Positions 25,002-35,492 of a DNA stretch of 43,593 nucleotides are shown one piece after another. The notes beneath the pieces are model-generated. The model saw nothing but the letters and a program-made list of their open reading frames with translations. It made no database searches and was not told the origin of the DNA. The stretch is taken from assembly GCA_902782895.1 (NCBI GenBank), contig CACZPA010000178.1:1-43593 (forward strand). The letters run 5' to 3'. Every line of letters begins with the position of its first letter. Position 1 is the first letter of the stretch. The position numbers were made by a program, and so were the translations under genes. This DNA is from an uncultured Eubacteriales bacterium. Lineage in GTDB: Bacteria; Bacillota; Clostridia; Lachnospirales; Bianqueaceae.

Positions 25002-27374
25002 ATGAAGAGTATTAAAAATGTACTGATCCTGTTGCTTGTAACAGCGGTCATCGTATGTACGTCGCTGTTTGCTTTTATCGGGCTTGACAGTGCCAGAGTC
25101 GGCATGAAGAACATCCATCTGGGACTGGATCTGGCCGGCGGTGTCAGCATTACCTATCAGGCCAAGGAGGCCAATCCGACGCAGAATCAGATGGACGGCG
25201 CTCGCGCGATCATCAACAATCGTCTGTCTTCTCTTGGCTATACAGAAGCGACAAGCTATCAGGACGGTACGAACCGGATCCGTGTAGAGATCCCCGGCGT
25301 ATCCGACGCGAATGAAGCTGTTAAGCAGATCGGTAAGACCGCCATGCTGACATTTGTCGGCCTGGATTGGAGCCAGCTGGTTTCCGCAGGCTTGACGGAT
25401 GGATATGTTGATTCGCTGACAGAAGAAGTCATGAGCGACCTGGAGGAGACCGGAGATTCCACCTACAGCGAGGCTACGGTCAAGGATATGGTCGTACAGT
25501 ATCTCAGCAATCCCGGAACCGCTTACTACATGTTCCCGGACGCCGCGTCTGAGATCCTGCAGAGTGCGATCGACCAGGGACTTGCCGAAATCGTTCTGGT
25601 CGGCGATGACGTAGCAGACGCTACCGCACAGCACGGACAGACGACTTCGACCGGTATCGCGGAGGATTATGTACGTCTTACGCTGACTTCCTCCGGCAAG
25701 GATAAGTTTACGGACGCCACCACCCGTTATCTGAACAGACAGATCGCGATCCGTCTGGATCAGACAATCGTCAGCATTCCGACCGTAAACGCGACGATCA
25801 GCGACGGTGTCGCGATCATTACCGGTATGTCCGGCGTGGATGAAGCAAAACAGCTTGCTTCCGATATCCGCGGCGGTGCGCTGCCTGTCGAGCTTGAAGA
25901 TATCGAGCATAACAGCGTTGGCGCGACATTGGGACGCGACGCGCTTTCCACCAGCCTTAAAGCGGGCTTGATCGGCTTTATTCTGGTGCTTGTTTTCATG
26001 ATCATCATCTACAGGGTGCCCGGTGTTGTCGCGAGCCTCTCTCTGGTTTTCTATATCTCGGCGGAAATCCTGCTGCTCAATCTTTTCAACGTCACACTGA
26101 CGCTGCCGGGAATTGCCGGTATCCTGCTTTCCATCGGTATGGCGGTTGACGCGAATGTCGTTATCTATTCGCGTGTCAATGAGGAGCTTTCCGCTGGACG
26201 CCTTATTCAGGCGGCTGTTGCTTCCGGTTATCGTAAATCGCTGTCCGCGATCATCGACGGCAACGTGACGACCCTGATCGCCGCAGGTGTTCTGTGGTTC
26301 CTGGGAACCGGTACGGTTAAGGGCTTTGCGCTGACACTGGCTCTTGGTATTCTGCTTTCCATGTTCACAGCGCTGGTTCTTTCAAATCTGATCCTCAAGA
26401 ACATTACGTCGGTCCTTCCGGAGAAACCCGGTCTGTACAGATCCGCTGATTTCTTCAAGAAGATCAAAGAAGTTCATATCATCGAGAAGACAAAACTGTG
26501 GCTCATTATTCCTGCCTGCATCGCCGTGATCGGACTTGGTTTTATCCTGTTCAAGGGAATGAATCTGGACATCGACTTCAGAGGCGGATCCATGATGCAG
26601 GTCAATATGGAGAAGGAATATGACAATGATAAACTGACCCAGATCGTGAAAGACGTCACCGGAGACACCAATCCGATGGTGCAGTCCGTCAGCGGCGCAG
26701 GTCAGGAGAATTACGTTCAGATCAAAGTCAAACAGACGGATACGACCCAGATGGGAGAACTTTACGATAAGATCGCTGCGGAATTCGGTCTGGATCCGGA
26801 GGGCAGCAATCTTGTGTCGCAGTCTTCCATCAGCCCGATGATCAGTGGAGAGATGAAGTCCTCATCCGTTATTTCCACACTTGTCGCCGGTCTGTTGATG
26901 CTGATCTATATCACGATCCGTTTCCATGACTGGAGATTCGGCCTGAGCTCCATTATCGCGCTGCTGCATGACGTGATTATCGTAATCGCGGTATATGCGA
27001 TCTTCCGCGTTCCGGTTAATTCTAACTTCATCGCCGCGATTCTGACGATCGTCGGTTATTCGATCAACAACACGATCGTAGTATTCGACCGTGTCCGCGA
27101 GAATCAGCATTTCTACAGGGCCGATCAGACAGCCCAGCTTGTCAATGACAGTATCAAGCAGACGATGGGACGTTCTCTGTCCACGTCTATCACCACAATT
27201 CTGATGGTCATGATGCTTTTCATTCTTGGCGTCGACAGCATTCGCTGGTTCGCGTTCCCACTGCTGGCCGGATTTATCGCCGGAACTTATTCCTCGCTTG
27301 TCATCGCGGGTCCGGTCTGGGTACTGATGAAGGGCGGACGTAAAGTAAGAAAAACAACCGTTAAGAAATCTTGA
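25002..27374 (+). CDS. secDF: Fused protein translocase subunit SecDF
   Basis: 790 aa with the SecD P1 head region followed by two six-TM bundles. SecD/SecF-like blocks are present (LGLDLAGG, GPTLG-like ATLGRDA, IAGILLSIGMAVDANVVIYSRV, VGYSINNTIVVFDRVREN). Confidence 0.9.
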   Translation: MKSIKNVLILLLVTAVIVCTSLFAFIGLDSARVGMKNIHLGLDLAGGVSITYQAKEANPTQNQMDGARAIINNRLSSLGYTEATSYQDGTNRIRVEIPGVSDANEAVKQIGKTAMLTFVGLDWSQLVSAGLTDGYVDSLTEEVMSDLEETGDSTYSEATVKDMVVQYLSNPGTAYYMFPDAASEILQSAIDQGLAEIVLVGDDVADATAQHGQTTSTGIAEDYVRLTLTSSGKDKFTDATTRYLNRQIAIRLDQTIVSIPTVNATISDGVAIITGMSGVDEAKQLASDIRGGALPVELEDIEHNSVGATLGRDALSTSLKAGLIGFILVLVFMIIIYRVPGVVASLSLVFYISAEILLLNLFNVTLTLPGIAGILLSIGMAVDANVVIYSRVNEELSAGRLIQAAVASGYRKSLSAIIDGNVTTLIAAGVLWFLGTGTVKGFALTLALGILLSMFTALVLSNLILKNITSVLPEKPGLYRSADFFKKIKEVHIIEKTKLWLIIPACIAVIGLGFILFKGMNLDIDFRGGSMMQVNMEKEYDNDKLTQIVKDVTGDTNPMVQSVSGAGQENYVQIKVKQTDTTQMGELYDKIAAEFGLDPEGSNLVSQSSISPMISGEMKSSSVISTLVAGLLMLIYITIRFHDWRFGLSSIIALLHDVIIVIAVYAIFRVPVNSNFIAAILTIVGYSINNTIVVFDRVRENQHFYRADQTAQLVNDSIKQTMGRSLSTSITTILMVMMLFILGVDSIRWFAFPLLAGFIAGTYSSLVIAGPVWVLMKGGRKVRKTTVKKS

Positions 27375-29104
27375 AAGAAAACTGGAGAATCTGCAACAGC
27401 AGTTATAAAGAAATACAGGAAAAATACCATCTGGATCCGATTCTCGCGAAAGTGATCGCGAACCGGACGGATACCGCCAGCGCATCCGATTATATCGATC
27501 GGGAAGGGCCTCTGCGTGATCCCATGACGATGAAAGGAATGCCGGAGGCGATCGCACTGATCCGTGATACGATTGCAAAGGGACGAGCCATTACCGTCAT
27601 CGGAGATTATGACGTAGACGGGATGACTTCCTCAACGATCCTGTATCAGGCGATTACAAAGGCAGGCGCATCCGTGCGGGTCCGGATTCCCGACCGTGTA
27701 GAGGACGGTTACGGGATGCGGCCGTATATGGTCGAGGACTGCGTGGAACATGGGGATGGTCTGATCATTACATGTGATAACGGCATCCGGGAATTTGAAG
27801 CCGCGGATACGGCGCGGCGTCTCGGGATTCCGTTGATTATTACGGATCATCATTCCATCGCGGAAGAGGACGGTATGGAAAAGCTCCCGGACGCGGATGT
27901 TGTCGTCAATCCGCATCAGAAGACGGATCCCTATGGATTCGAGAATCTCTGCGGAGCAGGCGTTGCCTATCAGACTGCACGGGCCTTGATGCAGTCGTTT
28001 GGCATGCCGGAGGATCCGGACTGGATCGGATACGCCGCGCTTGGCACAGTCTGCGATGTAATGGAGCTTATCGGGGAGAACCGCAAGATCGTCTATCAGG
28101 GACTGCGCCGATGGAACGCGCATCCGCCGGCCTCGATTCAGGCCTTGATGCGGCAGGGAAGCTGTGAGAAGCTGGACGTTTACGCGTTTGGCTTTATTAT
28201 CGGGCCGATGATCAATTCCGGCGGCAGACTCGACAGTCAGCAGAATTTCATATCGGTTATGCTTTCCCAGAATCCGGTACAGGCAGAGACTGCCGCCAAG
28301 AAGCTGTTTGAGCTGAACAGGCAGAGACAGCTTCTGACCGATGAAGGGATGGAGCAGGCAGCTGCTCTTTGTGAGAAGCAGAAAGAACAGACCGTACAGG
28401 TTATCTATCTGCCGGAACTGCATGAGAGCCTTGCCGGGCTTGTTGCCGGTAAAATCAAAGAGAAGTATTACAGGCCGACGTTTGTACTGACGGGAACCGC
28501 TGATGCAGTGAAAGGCTCCGGCCGGTCCATTCCGGCATATAATATGTTCGCGGAGATGAACGCGGTGCAGGACTGCTTCAGCCGTTTTGGCGGGCATCCG
28601 ATGGCTGCGGGACTTTCCATGGATGAATCCAGAATCGGAGAGCTGCGGGACAGACTGAACGCGAACGCTCATCTGACAGAGGAAGATCTGAAGCCTGTCG
28701 TCATGATCGATATGGCGATGCCGCTCCGATACGCGAACGCGCATACAGCGGACGTTATCGCGGAGCTTGAGCCTTTTGGGACCGGCAACGCGGATCCGAT
28801 GTTCGCGGATAAAGGCCTGCTGCTCGAGCGGGTCCGGTGGATGGGCAACCGGAAGAAAGCCGCGAATCTGTTCTTCAGCAAGGACGGAGAGATCTACGAG
28901 ACCGTAACATTCCGCATCGAAGCTTTGCATGAATGTATCGCGGAGTCGGCCTCCGAAGAGGTCTGGGAGCGCCTGTATCTGGACGGTACGCTGGAGAAGC
29001 CGATCCCCATGGACATCTGCTATCATGTCGGATGGAATGTTTTCCGCGGGAGGAAGCACCTGCAGATCAATGTGTCGCATCTGCGTCCCTCCGTTGTAAT
29101 CTGA
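27371..29104 (+). CDS. recJ: Single-stranded-DNA-specific exonuclease RecJ
   Basis: DHH-family motifs VIGDYDVDGMTS, ITCDNG and ITDHHS, plus the DHHA1 region GGHPMAAG. The TTG start overlaps the secDF stop. Confidence 0.9.
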   Translation: MKENWRICNSSYKEIQEKYHLDPILAKVIANRTDTASASDYIDREGPLRDPMTMKGMPEAIALIRDTIAKGRAITVIGDYDVDGMTSSTILYQAITKAGASVRVRIPDRVEDGYGMRPYMVEDCVEHGDGLIITCDNGIREFEAADTARRLGIPLIITDHHSIAEEDGMEKLPDADVVVNPHQKTDPYGFENLCGAGVAYQTARALMQSFGMPEDPDWIGYAALGTVCDVMELIGENRKIVYQGLRRWNAHPPASIQALMRQGSCEKLDVYAFGFIIGPMINSGGRLDSQQNFISVMLSQNPVQAETAAKKLFELNRQRQLLTDEGMEQAAALCEKQKEQTVQVIYLPELHESLAGLVAGKIKEKYYRPTFVLTGTADAVKGSGRSIPAYNMFAEMNAVQDCFSRFGGHPMAAGLSMDESRIGELRDRLNANAHLTEEDLKPVVMIDMAMPLRYANAHTADVIAELEPFGTGNADPMFADKGLLLERVRWMGNRKKAANLFFSKDGEIYETVTFRIEALHECIAESASEEVWERLYLDGTLEKPIPMDICYHVGWNVFRGRKHLQINVSHLRPSVVI

Positions 29105-29159
29105 GCTTTATTGTGCTATACTTAATATAATTAAACGGTGCGAAAGAGAGGTTATTATC

Positions 29160-29681
29160 ATGAATCTTGCTAAACTGGTACGTACAATTCCCGATTTCCC
29201 GAAGGAAGGGATCATGTTCCGCGATATCACGACAATTCTGAAGGATCCGGACGGTCTTTCCGAATCGATCCGCCAGTTAAGAGAAGCGGTAAAGGACCTG
29301 GAGTATGATGTAATTGTCGGACCGGAATCCCGCGGCTTTATCTTCGGAGTACCGATTGCCGTTGAAGAGCATAAGGGTTTTGTACCGGTCAGAAAACCGG
29401 GCAAGCTTCCGGCGGCTGTCTATTCTCAGGAGTATGATCTGGAATACGGCACTTCTACACTGGAGCTGCATAAGGACGCGCTTCAGCCGGGACAGAGAGT
29501 TCTGGTTACCGATGATCTGCTTGCGACCGGCGGTACAGCGGAAGCTATCGCCAAGCTGGTAGAGCAGGCCGGCGCCAAAGTCGTCGGATTCGCTTTCCTG
29601 GTAGAGCTTGTAGATCTCGGCGGAAGAGACAAGCTTAAGGATTATCCTGTTCGTACACTGATCCAGTACGAGGGCGAATAA
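29160..29681 (+). CDS. apt: Adenine phosphoribosyltransferase
   Basis: 173 aa with the PRPP-binding motif VLVTDDLLATGGT and the N-terminal block IPDFPKEGIMFRDIT. Confidence 0.95.
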   Translation: MNLAKLVRTIPDFPKEGIMFRDITTILKDPDGLSESIRQLREAVKDLEYDVIVGPESRGFIFGVPIAVEEHKGFVPVRKPGKLPAAVYSQEYDLEYGTSTLELHKDALQPGQRVLVTDDLLATGGTAEAIAKLVEQAGAKVVGFAFLVELVDLGGRDKLKDYPVRTLIQYEGE

Positions 29682-29693
29682 TACGCAATCGCT

Positions 29694-30536
29694 ATGAAAG
29701 AACGGCATTTTTTCCGTAAGGCGGCAGCCGCCGCGGCGTTTACCTCGACCCTGGTGTCGTGGTTTTTGCGCCCCGGCAGAGAGCATCAGGAAGAGATCGC
29801 TGTGCTTTCGGCTGTCGATTATGCTCACAGAGGCCTGCACGACGCGAAGGCAGGCATTCCGGAGAATTCCCTCGCGGCCTTCAGAAGAGCGGCGGAGCAG
29901 GGATTCGGCATGGAGCTGGACGTGCATCTCACAAAGGACGGAGAGTTTGTTGTCATCCATGATCACGATACCGTGCGGATGACGGGCTATGTGGGCAAGG
30001 TTGAGGAAATGACTTTGGCAGAGCTGCGCGGCCTTAAGCTTGCGGATACCGACGAACCGATTCCGACATTCCGGGAAGTTCTGGATTGTGTGGACGGCAA
30101 GGTGCCGCTGCTTATCGAGATCAAACCGCTCCGCTACAATATGGAAGAGCTGACGGAGAAAGTCTGCACGGCTCTTGCGGAGTACAAGGGACCGTACTGC
30201 ATCGAATGCTTTGACCCCCGCGTTGTAGCCCTTCTGCGGCGCAATCATCCGGAGATCGTGCGCGGACAGCTGCTGATGTATCTGCATAAGAATAACGAAT
30301 TCAGCCAGCCGGCTGTTGTGGATTTTTCTCTGCGGAATCTGTTGACCAATTTCTGGACAAGACCGGATTTTATCGCGTATCACTTCCCGGAGAAAAAGAA
30401 TCTGACCCTGCGCCTTTGCCGGAAACTGTTCCATGTATGGGAGCTCGACTGGACCGTTACGGACGAGACACAGTATCAGGCGGTCAAACAGGACGGATGC
30501 ACAGCGATTTTTGAACAGTTTATTCCGAAGTGTTGA
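29694..30536 (+). CDS. Glycerophosphodiester phosphodiesterase family protein with an N-terminal hydrophobic segment
   Basis: GDPD blocks HRG...ENSLAAF, GMELDVHLTKDGEFVVIHD and IPTFREVL. The RBS is weak, so the exact start is uncertain. Confidence 0.8.
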   Translation: MKERHFFRKAAAAAAFTSTLVSWFLRPGREHQEEIAVLSAVDYAHRGLHDAKAGIPENSLAAFRRAAEQGFGMELDVHLTKDGEFVVIHDHDTVRMTGYVGKVEEMTLAELRGLKLADTDEPIPTFREVLDCVDGKVPLLIEIKPLRYNMEELTEKVCTALAEYKGPYCIECFDPRVVALLRRNHPEIVRGQLLMYLHKNNEFSQPAVVDFSLRNLLTNFWTRPDFIAYHFPEKKNLTLRLCRKLFHVWELDWTVTDETQYQAVKQDGCTAIFEQFIPKC

Positions 30537-30561
30537 AATCCGGAGAAAAAACCTTTATAAT
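30533..30561 (+). promoter_or_regulatory. Candidate promoter TTGAAA-17-TATAAT overlapping the GDPD stop codon
   Basis: TTGAAA at 30533-30538 and TATAAT at 30556-30561. The predicted TSS falls inside the 5' arm of the downstream hairpin. Confidence 0.4.
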
Positions 30562-30563
30562 AG

Positions 30564-30598
30564 AACCATCCATCGGAAAATGGATGGTTTTTGTTTTT
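30564..30598 (+). terminator. Rho-independent terminator between the GDPD gene and relA
   Basis: AACCATCCA-TCGGAAAA-TGGATGGTT, a 9-bp perfect stem followed by TTTTTGTTTTT. Confidence 0.8.
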
Positions 30599-30623
30599 AC
30601 AGTTAAGAAAGGGGTGCGGCTCT

Positions 30624-32885
30624 ATGGAAGAGGATCTGAGATTCGAGACAGAAGAGACAGAGAAACTGTATCGTACGATGATGGACAAGATCCGCGAGTA
30701 TCATCCGACGTCCAATCTGGACAAAGTCAAACTGGCCTATACGGTCGCGAATGATGCGCACAGCGGCCAGCTGCGTCAGTCCGGCGAGCCATATATTATT
30801 CATCCGCTGCATGTCGCGATTACGCTGGCGGATCTGGAGATGGATCTGGAGACAATCGAAGCGGGTCTGCTGCACGACGTTCTGGAGGATACAAAGGTTA
30901 CGTCAGATGAGATCCGCAGCCAGTTCGGAGAGGATGTTACCAGGCTTGTCGAGGGCGTTACCAAGCTGAAGACGCTGACCTATACGTCCACGGACAAAGA
31001 GGATATCCAGGCGGAGAATTACCGTAAGATGTTCATGGCGATGGCTAAGGATATCCGTGTCATCGTCATCAAGCTGGCGGACCGTCTGCACAATCTGCAG
31101 ACCTTGGAATACAAGAGCAAGGAAAAACAGCTGGAAAAGGCTCGGGAGACGCTTGATATCTACGCGCCGATCGCGAACCGCCTCGGTATTTCCAAGATCA
31201 AGATCGGTCTGGAGGATCTTTCGCTGAAGTATCTGGATCCGGAAGCCTATGATTCGCTGACGCGCCAGATTAACCGCAAGAGAGAGGACCGCGAGGAGAT
31301 TATCTCCGGCATCTGTGCCTATCTGAAGCAGAAGCTCCATGAGGGTGGCATTGAGGCGGTGGTAGAAGGCCGTCCCAAGCATTTCTTCAGCATCTACAAG
31401 AAGATGGTCAACAAGGGCAAGACCCTGGATCAGATCTATGATCTGTTCGCGGTGCGCGCGATCGTGGATTCCGTGAAGGACTGCTATGGCGCGCTCGGTA
31501 TCATCCATGATCTGTATACACCTGTCCCCGGACGTTTTAAGGACTATATCGCGATGCCCAAGTCCAACATGTATCAGAGTCTGCATACGACCCTGATCGG
31601 ACCGACCGGCGAGCCTTTTGAGGTGCAGATCCGTACCTGGGAGATGCACCGTGTAGCGCAGTACGGTATCGCCGCGCATTGGAAATATAAAGAAGACGCG
31701 AACGGCAATATCAGCAAGCGCGCGGAAGAAGAAAAGATGGTCTGGCTCCAGAAGATCCTGGAGTGGCAGAACAATCTGCAGGATAATAAAGAATTTGTCA
31801 GTACGATCAAGCAGGATCTGGACGCTTTTCAGGATTCCGTATTCGTATTCTCGCCGAAGGGCGATGTCATCGAGCTGCCGGCCGGCTCTACACCGATCGA
31901 TTTTGCGTATCAGATCCATAGCGCTGTCGGCAATAAGATGGTCGGAGCCCGTGTGGACGGACGTCTTGTGACGCTCGACTATCAGCTGCGCAACGGCGAG
32001 CAGGTCGAGATTATCACTTCGCAGAACAGCAAAGGCCCCAGTCAGGACTGGCTCAACGTGGTCAAGACGACACAGGCCCGCAATAAGATCAATCAGTGGT
32101 TCAAGAAGGAATCCAAGCAGGAGAATATCGCCCGCGGACGCGAGCTGATGGAGAAATACTGCAAGAGCCATGGCCTGCCGGCGCTTTCAGAACTGCTGAA
32201 GCCCGAATGGATGGATATCGTTCTGAAGAAGTACGGCTTCCAGGACTGGGACAATATTACCGCGGCCATCGGACACGGCGGCGTCAAAGAGGGACAGATC
32301 GTCAACCGTCTGTATGAGGAGTATCGTAAAGAGCATCTGGGCAGCATGACGAATGACGACATTCTGCATCTCGTTTCGGAAAAAGCGGCAGAGAATCCTT
32401 CCGTACAGGCGACCAGACGCAGGAACAGCGGAGCGATCATCGTCAAAGGTCTGCACGATCTTGCCGTTCGTTTCGCAAGATGCTGCAACCCGGTACCGGG
32501 CGATGAGATCGTCGGATTCATTACGCGCGGCCGTGGTGTTACCATCCATCGCAATGACTGCATCAATATGATGTGTCTTCCCGCGGAGGAACGCATGCGT
32601 CTGATCGAAGCCGATTGGGAGGTCAATACGGCGGAAGGCATGAAGTTCCAGAGCTCGGTCCAGGTTATCACCGAGGAACGCAACGGTGTGCTGGTCGAGA
32701 TCAACCAGGCGATCAATGATGCCGGCCTTTCGATCCAGTATCTGGACGGAAGAGTCAGCAAAGACCATATGCTCGATACGTTCAATATTACGCTGGAGAT
32801 TTCTTCCAAAGAGCAGCTGGAGGCGCTTTCCAACCGTCTCATGCAGATCCGCGGCGTAAGAGACGTAATCCGTACATCCAAATAA
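30624..32885 (+). CDS. relA: Bifunctional (p)ppGpp synthetase/hydrolase (long RSH, Rel/RelA)
   Basis: Start set to the ATG at 30624 (RBS AAGAAAGGGG). Features seen: HD hydrolase motifs (IIHPLHVA, LLHDVLEDT), synthetase blocks (RPKHFFSIYKKM, DLFAVRAIV, YQSLHTT), a TGS region and a C-terminal ACT-like region. Confidence 0.95.
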   Translation: MEEDLRFETEETEKLYRTMMDKIREYHPTSNLDKVKLAYTVANDAHSGQLRQSGEPYIIHPLHVAITLADLEMDLETIEAGLLHDVLEDTKVTSDEIRSQFGEDVTRLVEGVTKLKTLTYTSTDKEDIQAENYRKMFMAMAKDIRVIVIKLADRLHNLQTLEYKSKEKQLEKARETLDIYAPIANRLGISKIKIGLEDLSLKYLDPEAYDSLTRQINRKREDREEIISGICAYLKQKLHEGGIEAVVEGRPKHFFSIYKKMVNKGKTLDQIYDLFAVRAIVDSVKDCYGALGIIHDLYTPVPGRFKDYIAMPKSNMYQSLHTTLIGPTGEPFEVQIRTWEMHRVAQYGIAAHWKYKEDANGNISKRAEEEKMVWLQKILEWQNNLQDNKEFVSTIKQDLDAFQDSVFVFSPKGDVIELPAGSTPIDFAYQIHSAVGNKMVGARVDGRLVTLDYQLRNGEQVEIITSQNSKGPSQDWLNVVKTTQARNKINQWFKKESKQENIARGRELMEKYCKSHGLPALSELLKPEWMDIVLKKYGFQDWDNITAAIGHGGVKEGQIVNRLYEEYRKEHLGSMTNDDILHLVSEKAAENPSVQATRRRNSGAIIVKGLHDLAVRFARCCNPVPGDEIVGFITRGRGVTIHRNDCINMMCLPAEERMRLIEADWEVNTAEGMKFQSSVQVITEERNGVLVEINQAINDAGLSIQYLDGRVSKDHMLDTFNITLEISSKEQLEALSNRLMQIRGVRDVIRTSK

Positions 32886-32903
32886 AAACAACGGGAGGCC
32901 TGC

Positions 32904-33374
32904 ATGAGAGCAGTAGTACAGAGAGTTACAAAAGCGTCCCTGACTTCAGACGGAGTCCCTTTTTCGAGTATCGGAAAGGGACTTGCTGTTTATATCGGAT
33001 TCGGCCCGGAGGACACGGAGAAGGAGTATCAGTACATGCTGGACAAGATCCTCGGACTTCGGATTTTTGAGGATGAAGCCGGCAAAATGAACCTGTCGGT
33101 ATGCGATATCGGTGGAGATATCCTCTGGATTCCCAATTTCACGTTATACGGAGACTGCCGGACGGGACGAAGACCCAGCTATTCTTTTGGAGCGCCTGCG
33201 GATGCCGCAAGAGAGATGTTCGGCAGATTTCAGCAGATGGCGATAATCTCCACGGAACAGAAAACCGGACAGGCCGGGCACTGCGCGTTCGGCGTATTTC
33301 AGACGGATATGCAGATTACGCAGGTCAACGACGGACCGGTAACGCTGCTGATCGACAGCGGAAAGGCTTTCTAA
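32904..33374 (+). CDS. dtd: D-aminoacyl-tRNA deacylase
   Basis: The N-terminus MRAVVQRV and the C-terminal NDGPVTLLI block are typical of Dtd; 156 aa. Confidence 0.9.
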   Translation: MRAVVQRVTKASLTSDGVPFSSIGKGLAVYIGFGPEDTEKEYQYMLDKILGLRIFEDEAGKMNLSVCDIGGDILWIPNFTLYGDCRTGRRPSYSFGAPADAAREMFGRFQQMAIISTEQKTGQAGHCAFGVFQTDMQITQVNDGPVTLLIDSGKAF

Positions 33375-33375
33375 A

Positions 33376-34032
33376 ATGATTATCCGCAGAGTTGAGGTCG
33401 GGGCATACGCGACCAACTGTTATCTCGTCGAACAGAACGGAACAAAAGTACTGATCGATCCGGGCGACGCGGACGGGCAGGTATTGCCTTTTCTCGAGAA
33501 ACAAGGCTTTATCCCGGAGGCGGTGCTCGTGACGCATGGTCATCTGGACCATTACGGGGATGTACCGTCGATCTGCGCGGCTTATGATCTGCCGGTATGG
33601 TTCCCAAGGGATGAGGTATCCTATCTGGCCGAAAGCGACGTGCAGGGAGGACCCTGGAACGCGGACAAAAGGGACGCTTTTCTTAAGGTTTTGGAGACGA
33701 ACGGCAGACTGGTGGACCACGGGGATGAGATCCGGATCGGAGAGATCTGTTTTGAAGCACGGATGATCGAACATCATACGCGGGCCGGGATGTGCCTGTA
33801 CAACGCGGAGAATCAAGTGCTTTTCAGCGGGGACAATCTGTTCCGCGGGAGCATCGGAAGGACGGACCTCTATAAAGGGGACACAAAAGGCCTGTGCGAT
33901 GGGATTCGCAGGCAGCTTCTGACCCTGCCCGACGATACGAAAGTCTATCCCGGACACGGCGACGCGACGACTATCGGCGTGGAGCGGCGTTCCAATTATT
34001 ATCTGACACATGACCCGGAGGCGTTATGGTAA
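33376..34032 (+). CDS. MBL-fold metallo-hydrolase
   Basis: HxHxDH motif THGHLDHYG, a later PGHG block, and GR(T)D. It starts 1 nt after the dtd stop. Confidence 0.85.
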   Translation: MIIRRVEVGAYATNCYLVEQNGTKVLIDPGDADGQVLPFLEKQGFIPEAVLVTHGHLDHYGDVPSICAAYDLPVWFPRDEVSYLAESDVQGGPWNADKRDAFLKVLETNGRLVDHGDEIRIGEICFEARMIEHHTRAGMCLYNAENQVLFSGDNLFRGSIGRTDLYKGDTKGLCDGIRRQLLTLPDDTKVYPGHGDATTIGVERRSNYYLTHDPEALW

Positions 34033-35492
34033 AATCATTTGCGGTCGGCGGAGAGAAGATGAGCGAATCCCGCCGATATGAACTCAGCATGCTGGCCAAG
34101 GAATTCTTTCCGGAAGCGGAGATCTCTGAAGATGCTCCGGAGTATCTTTTTGTATATTCGGACGCATGCTGGAGCCTATACGGCCCGGTAACGGCAGCTT
34201 CTGCTGACAGTGAGGTGCTGGCGAAATATCTGAACGGGCAGATTCCTCCGATGACCTTTGCCGGTGGAGATCCGCTGAAAAACCGTATGAAACAAGGCTT
34301 GTACGGTTTATTATCCGAATGGACGGGCCGTGCGCTGCCGTGGGGTATCCTGACCGGCGTAAAACCGGTCAAGCTGGCCGTTTCGATCCTGAACGCGGGC
34401 AGGAGCAGGACAGAGACAGAAACGATTCTGCAGGATGAATACCGGTTATCGCCAAATAAGACAGATCTGCTTCTGGAGACCGCTTCCCGGGAGATCGAAC
34501 TGCTTTCCGGCGACAGCAGAGACGGCAGAGAGTGGGCGATCTATATCGGTATTCCGTTCTGTCCGACACGCTGTGCCTATTGTTCTTTTGTATCCTATGA
34601 TTATCATATGCTCGGAGACCTGATGGACCGCTATGTGGAAGCGCTTATCGAGGAGATCCGCGCCTGCGGTGAGCTTGCCGCGGGCCGCAGGATTACGAGC
34701 CTGTACATGGGCGGAGGGACACCGACATCGCTCTCGGCACAACAGCTGGACAGAGTCCTGACGGAGGCTGACAGAGCTTTTCATCTGGATCAGATTCCGG
34801 AGGCAACGGTGGAAGCAGGTCGTCCCGATACGATTACCGTCGACAAGCTAAAGGTTCTCGCGGCACACGGGATCGGAAGGATTTCCGTGAATCCGCAGAC
34901 AATGAATCAGAAAACGCTCGACCGGATCGGCAGACGACATACCGTGGAGGACGTGATCCGCGCCTATGAGATGGCAAGATCCGAGGGCTTTGATAATATC
35001 AACATGGATCTGATTATGGGACTTCCCGGTGAAACCGTACAGGACGTGCAGCACACAGTGCAGGAGATCCGCAGGCTGGCGCCGGACAGCCTGACCGTAC
35101 ATTCGCTTGCCATCAAACGGTCTTCCCGGCTCAAAGAGACAGGACTGTATTCGGACGCGCCGGCAGAGGCGATTGAGCAGATGCTTGCTTTAGGGCAGGA
35201 GACAGCTGCCGAGCTCGGCATGAAACCGTACTATCTGTACCGGCAGAAGAATATGGCCGGCAATTTTGAGAACACAGGCTATTGCACTCCCGGTAAGGAA
35301 TGCATGTACAATATCGAGATTATGGAAGAGAAACAGAATATCTGCGCCATGGGGGCAGGTTCGGTCAGCAAAGTCTATGATCCTTCGCGGGACCGAATCG
35401 ACAGAATCAGCAACGTCAAGAATGCCGGAGATTATATCGGCAGACTGGCAGAGATGATCGGGCGCAAGAGAAAGGGGTTCGGCGGCTTATGA
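34026..35492 (+). CDS. Radical SAM protein of the HemN/HemZ-like (oxygen-independent coproporphyrinogen oxidase-like) family
   Basis: CxxxCxxC motif CPTRCAYCSF, a GGGTP block (YMGGGTPTS) and about 490 aa, similar to HemZ-type proteins. It overlaps the MBL gene by 7 nt. Confidence 0.8.
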   Translation: MVKSFAVGGEKMSESRRYELSMLAKEFFPEAEISEDAPEYLFVYSDACWSLYGPVTAASADSEVLAKYLNGQIPPMTFAGGDPLKNRMKQGLYGLLSEWTGRALPWGILTGVKPVKLAVSILNAGRSRTETETILQDEYRLSPNKTDLLLETASREIELLSGDSRDGREWAIYIGIPFCPTRCAYCSFVSYDYHMLGDLMDRYVEALIEEIRACGELAAGRRITSLYMGGGTPTSLSAQQLDRVLTEADRAFHLDQIPEATVEAGRPDTITVDKLKVLAAHGIGRISVNPQTMNQKTLDRIGRRHTVEDVIRAYEMARSEGFDNINMDLIMGLPGETVQDVQHTVQEIRRLAPDSLTVHSLAIKRSSRLKETGLYSDAPAEAIEQMLALGQETAAELGMKPYYLYRQKNMAGNFENTGYCTPGKECMYNIEIMEEKQNICAMGAGSVSKVYDPSRDRIDRISNVKNAGDYIGRLAEMIGRKRKGFGGL

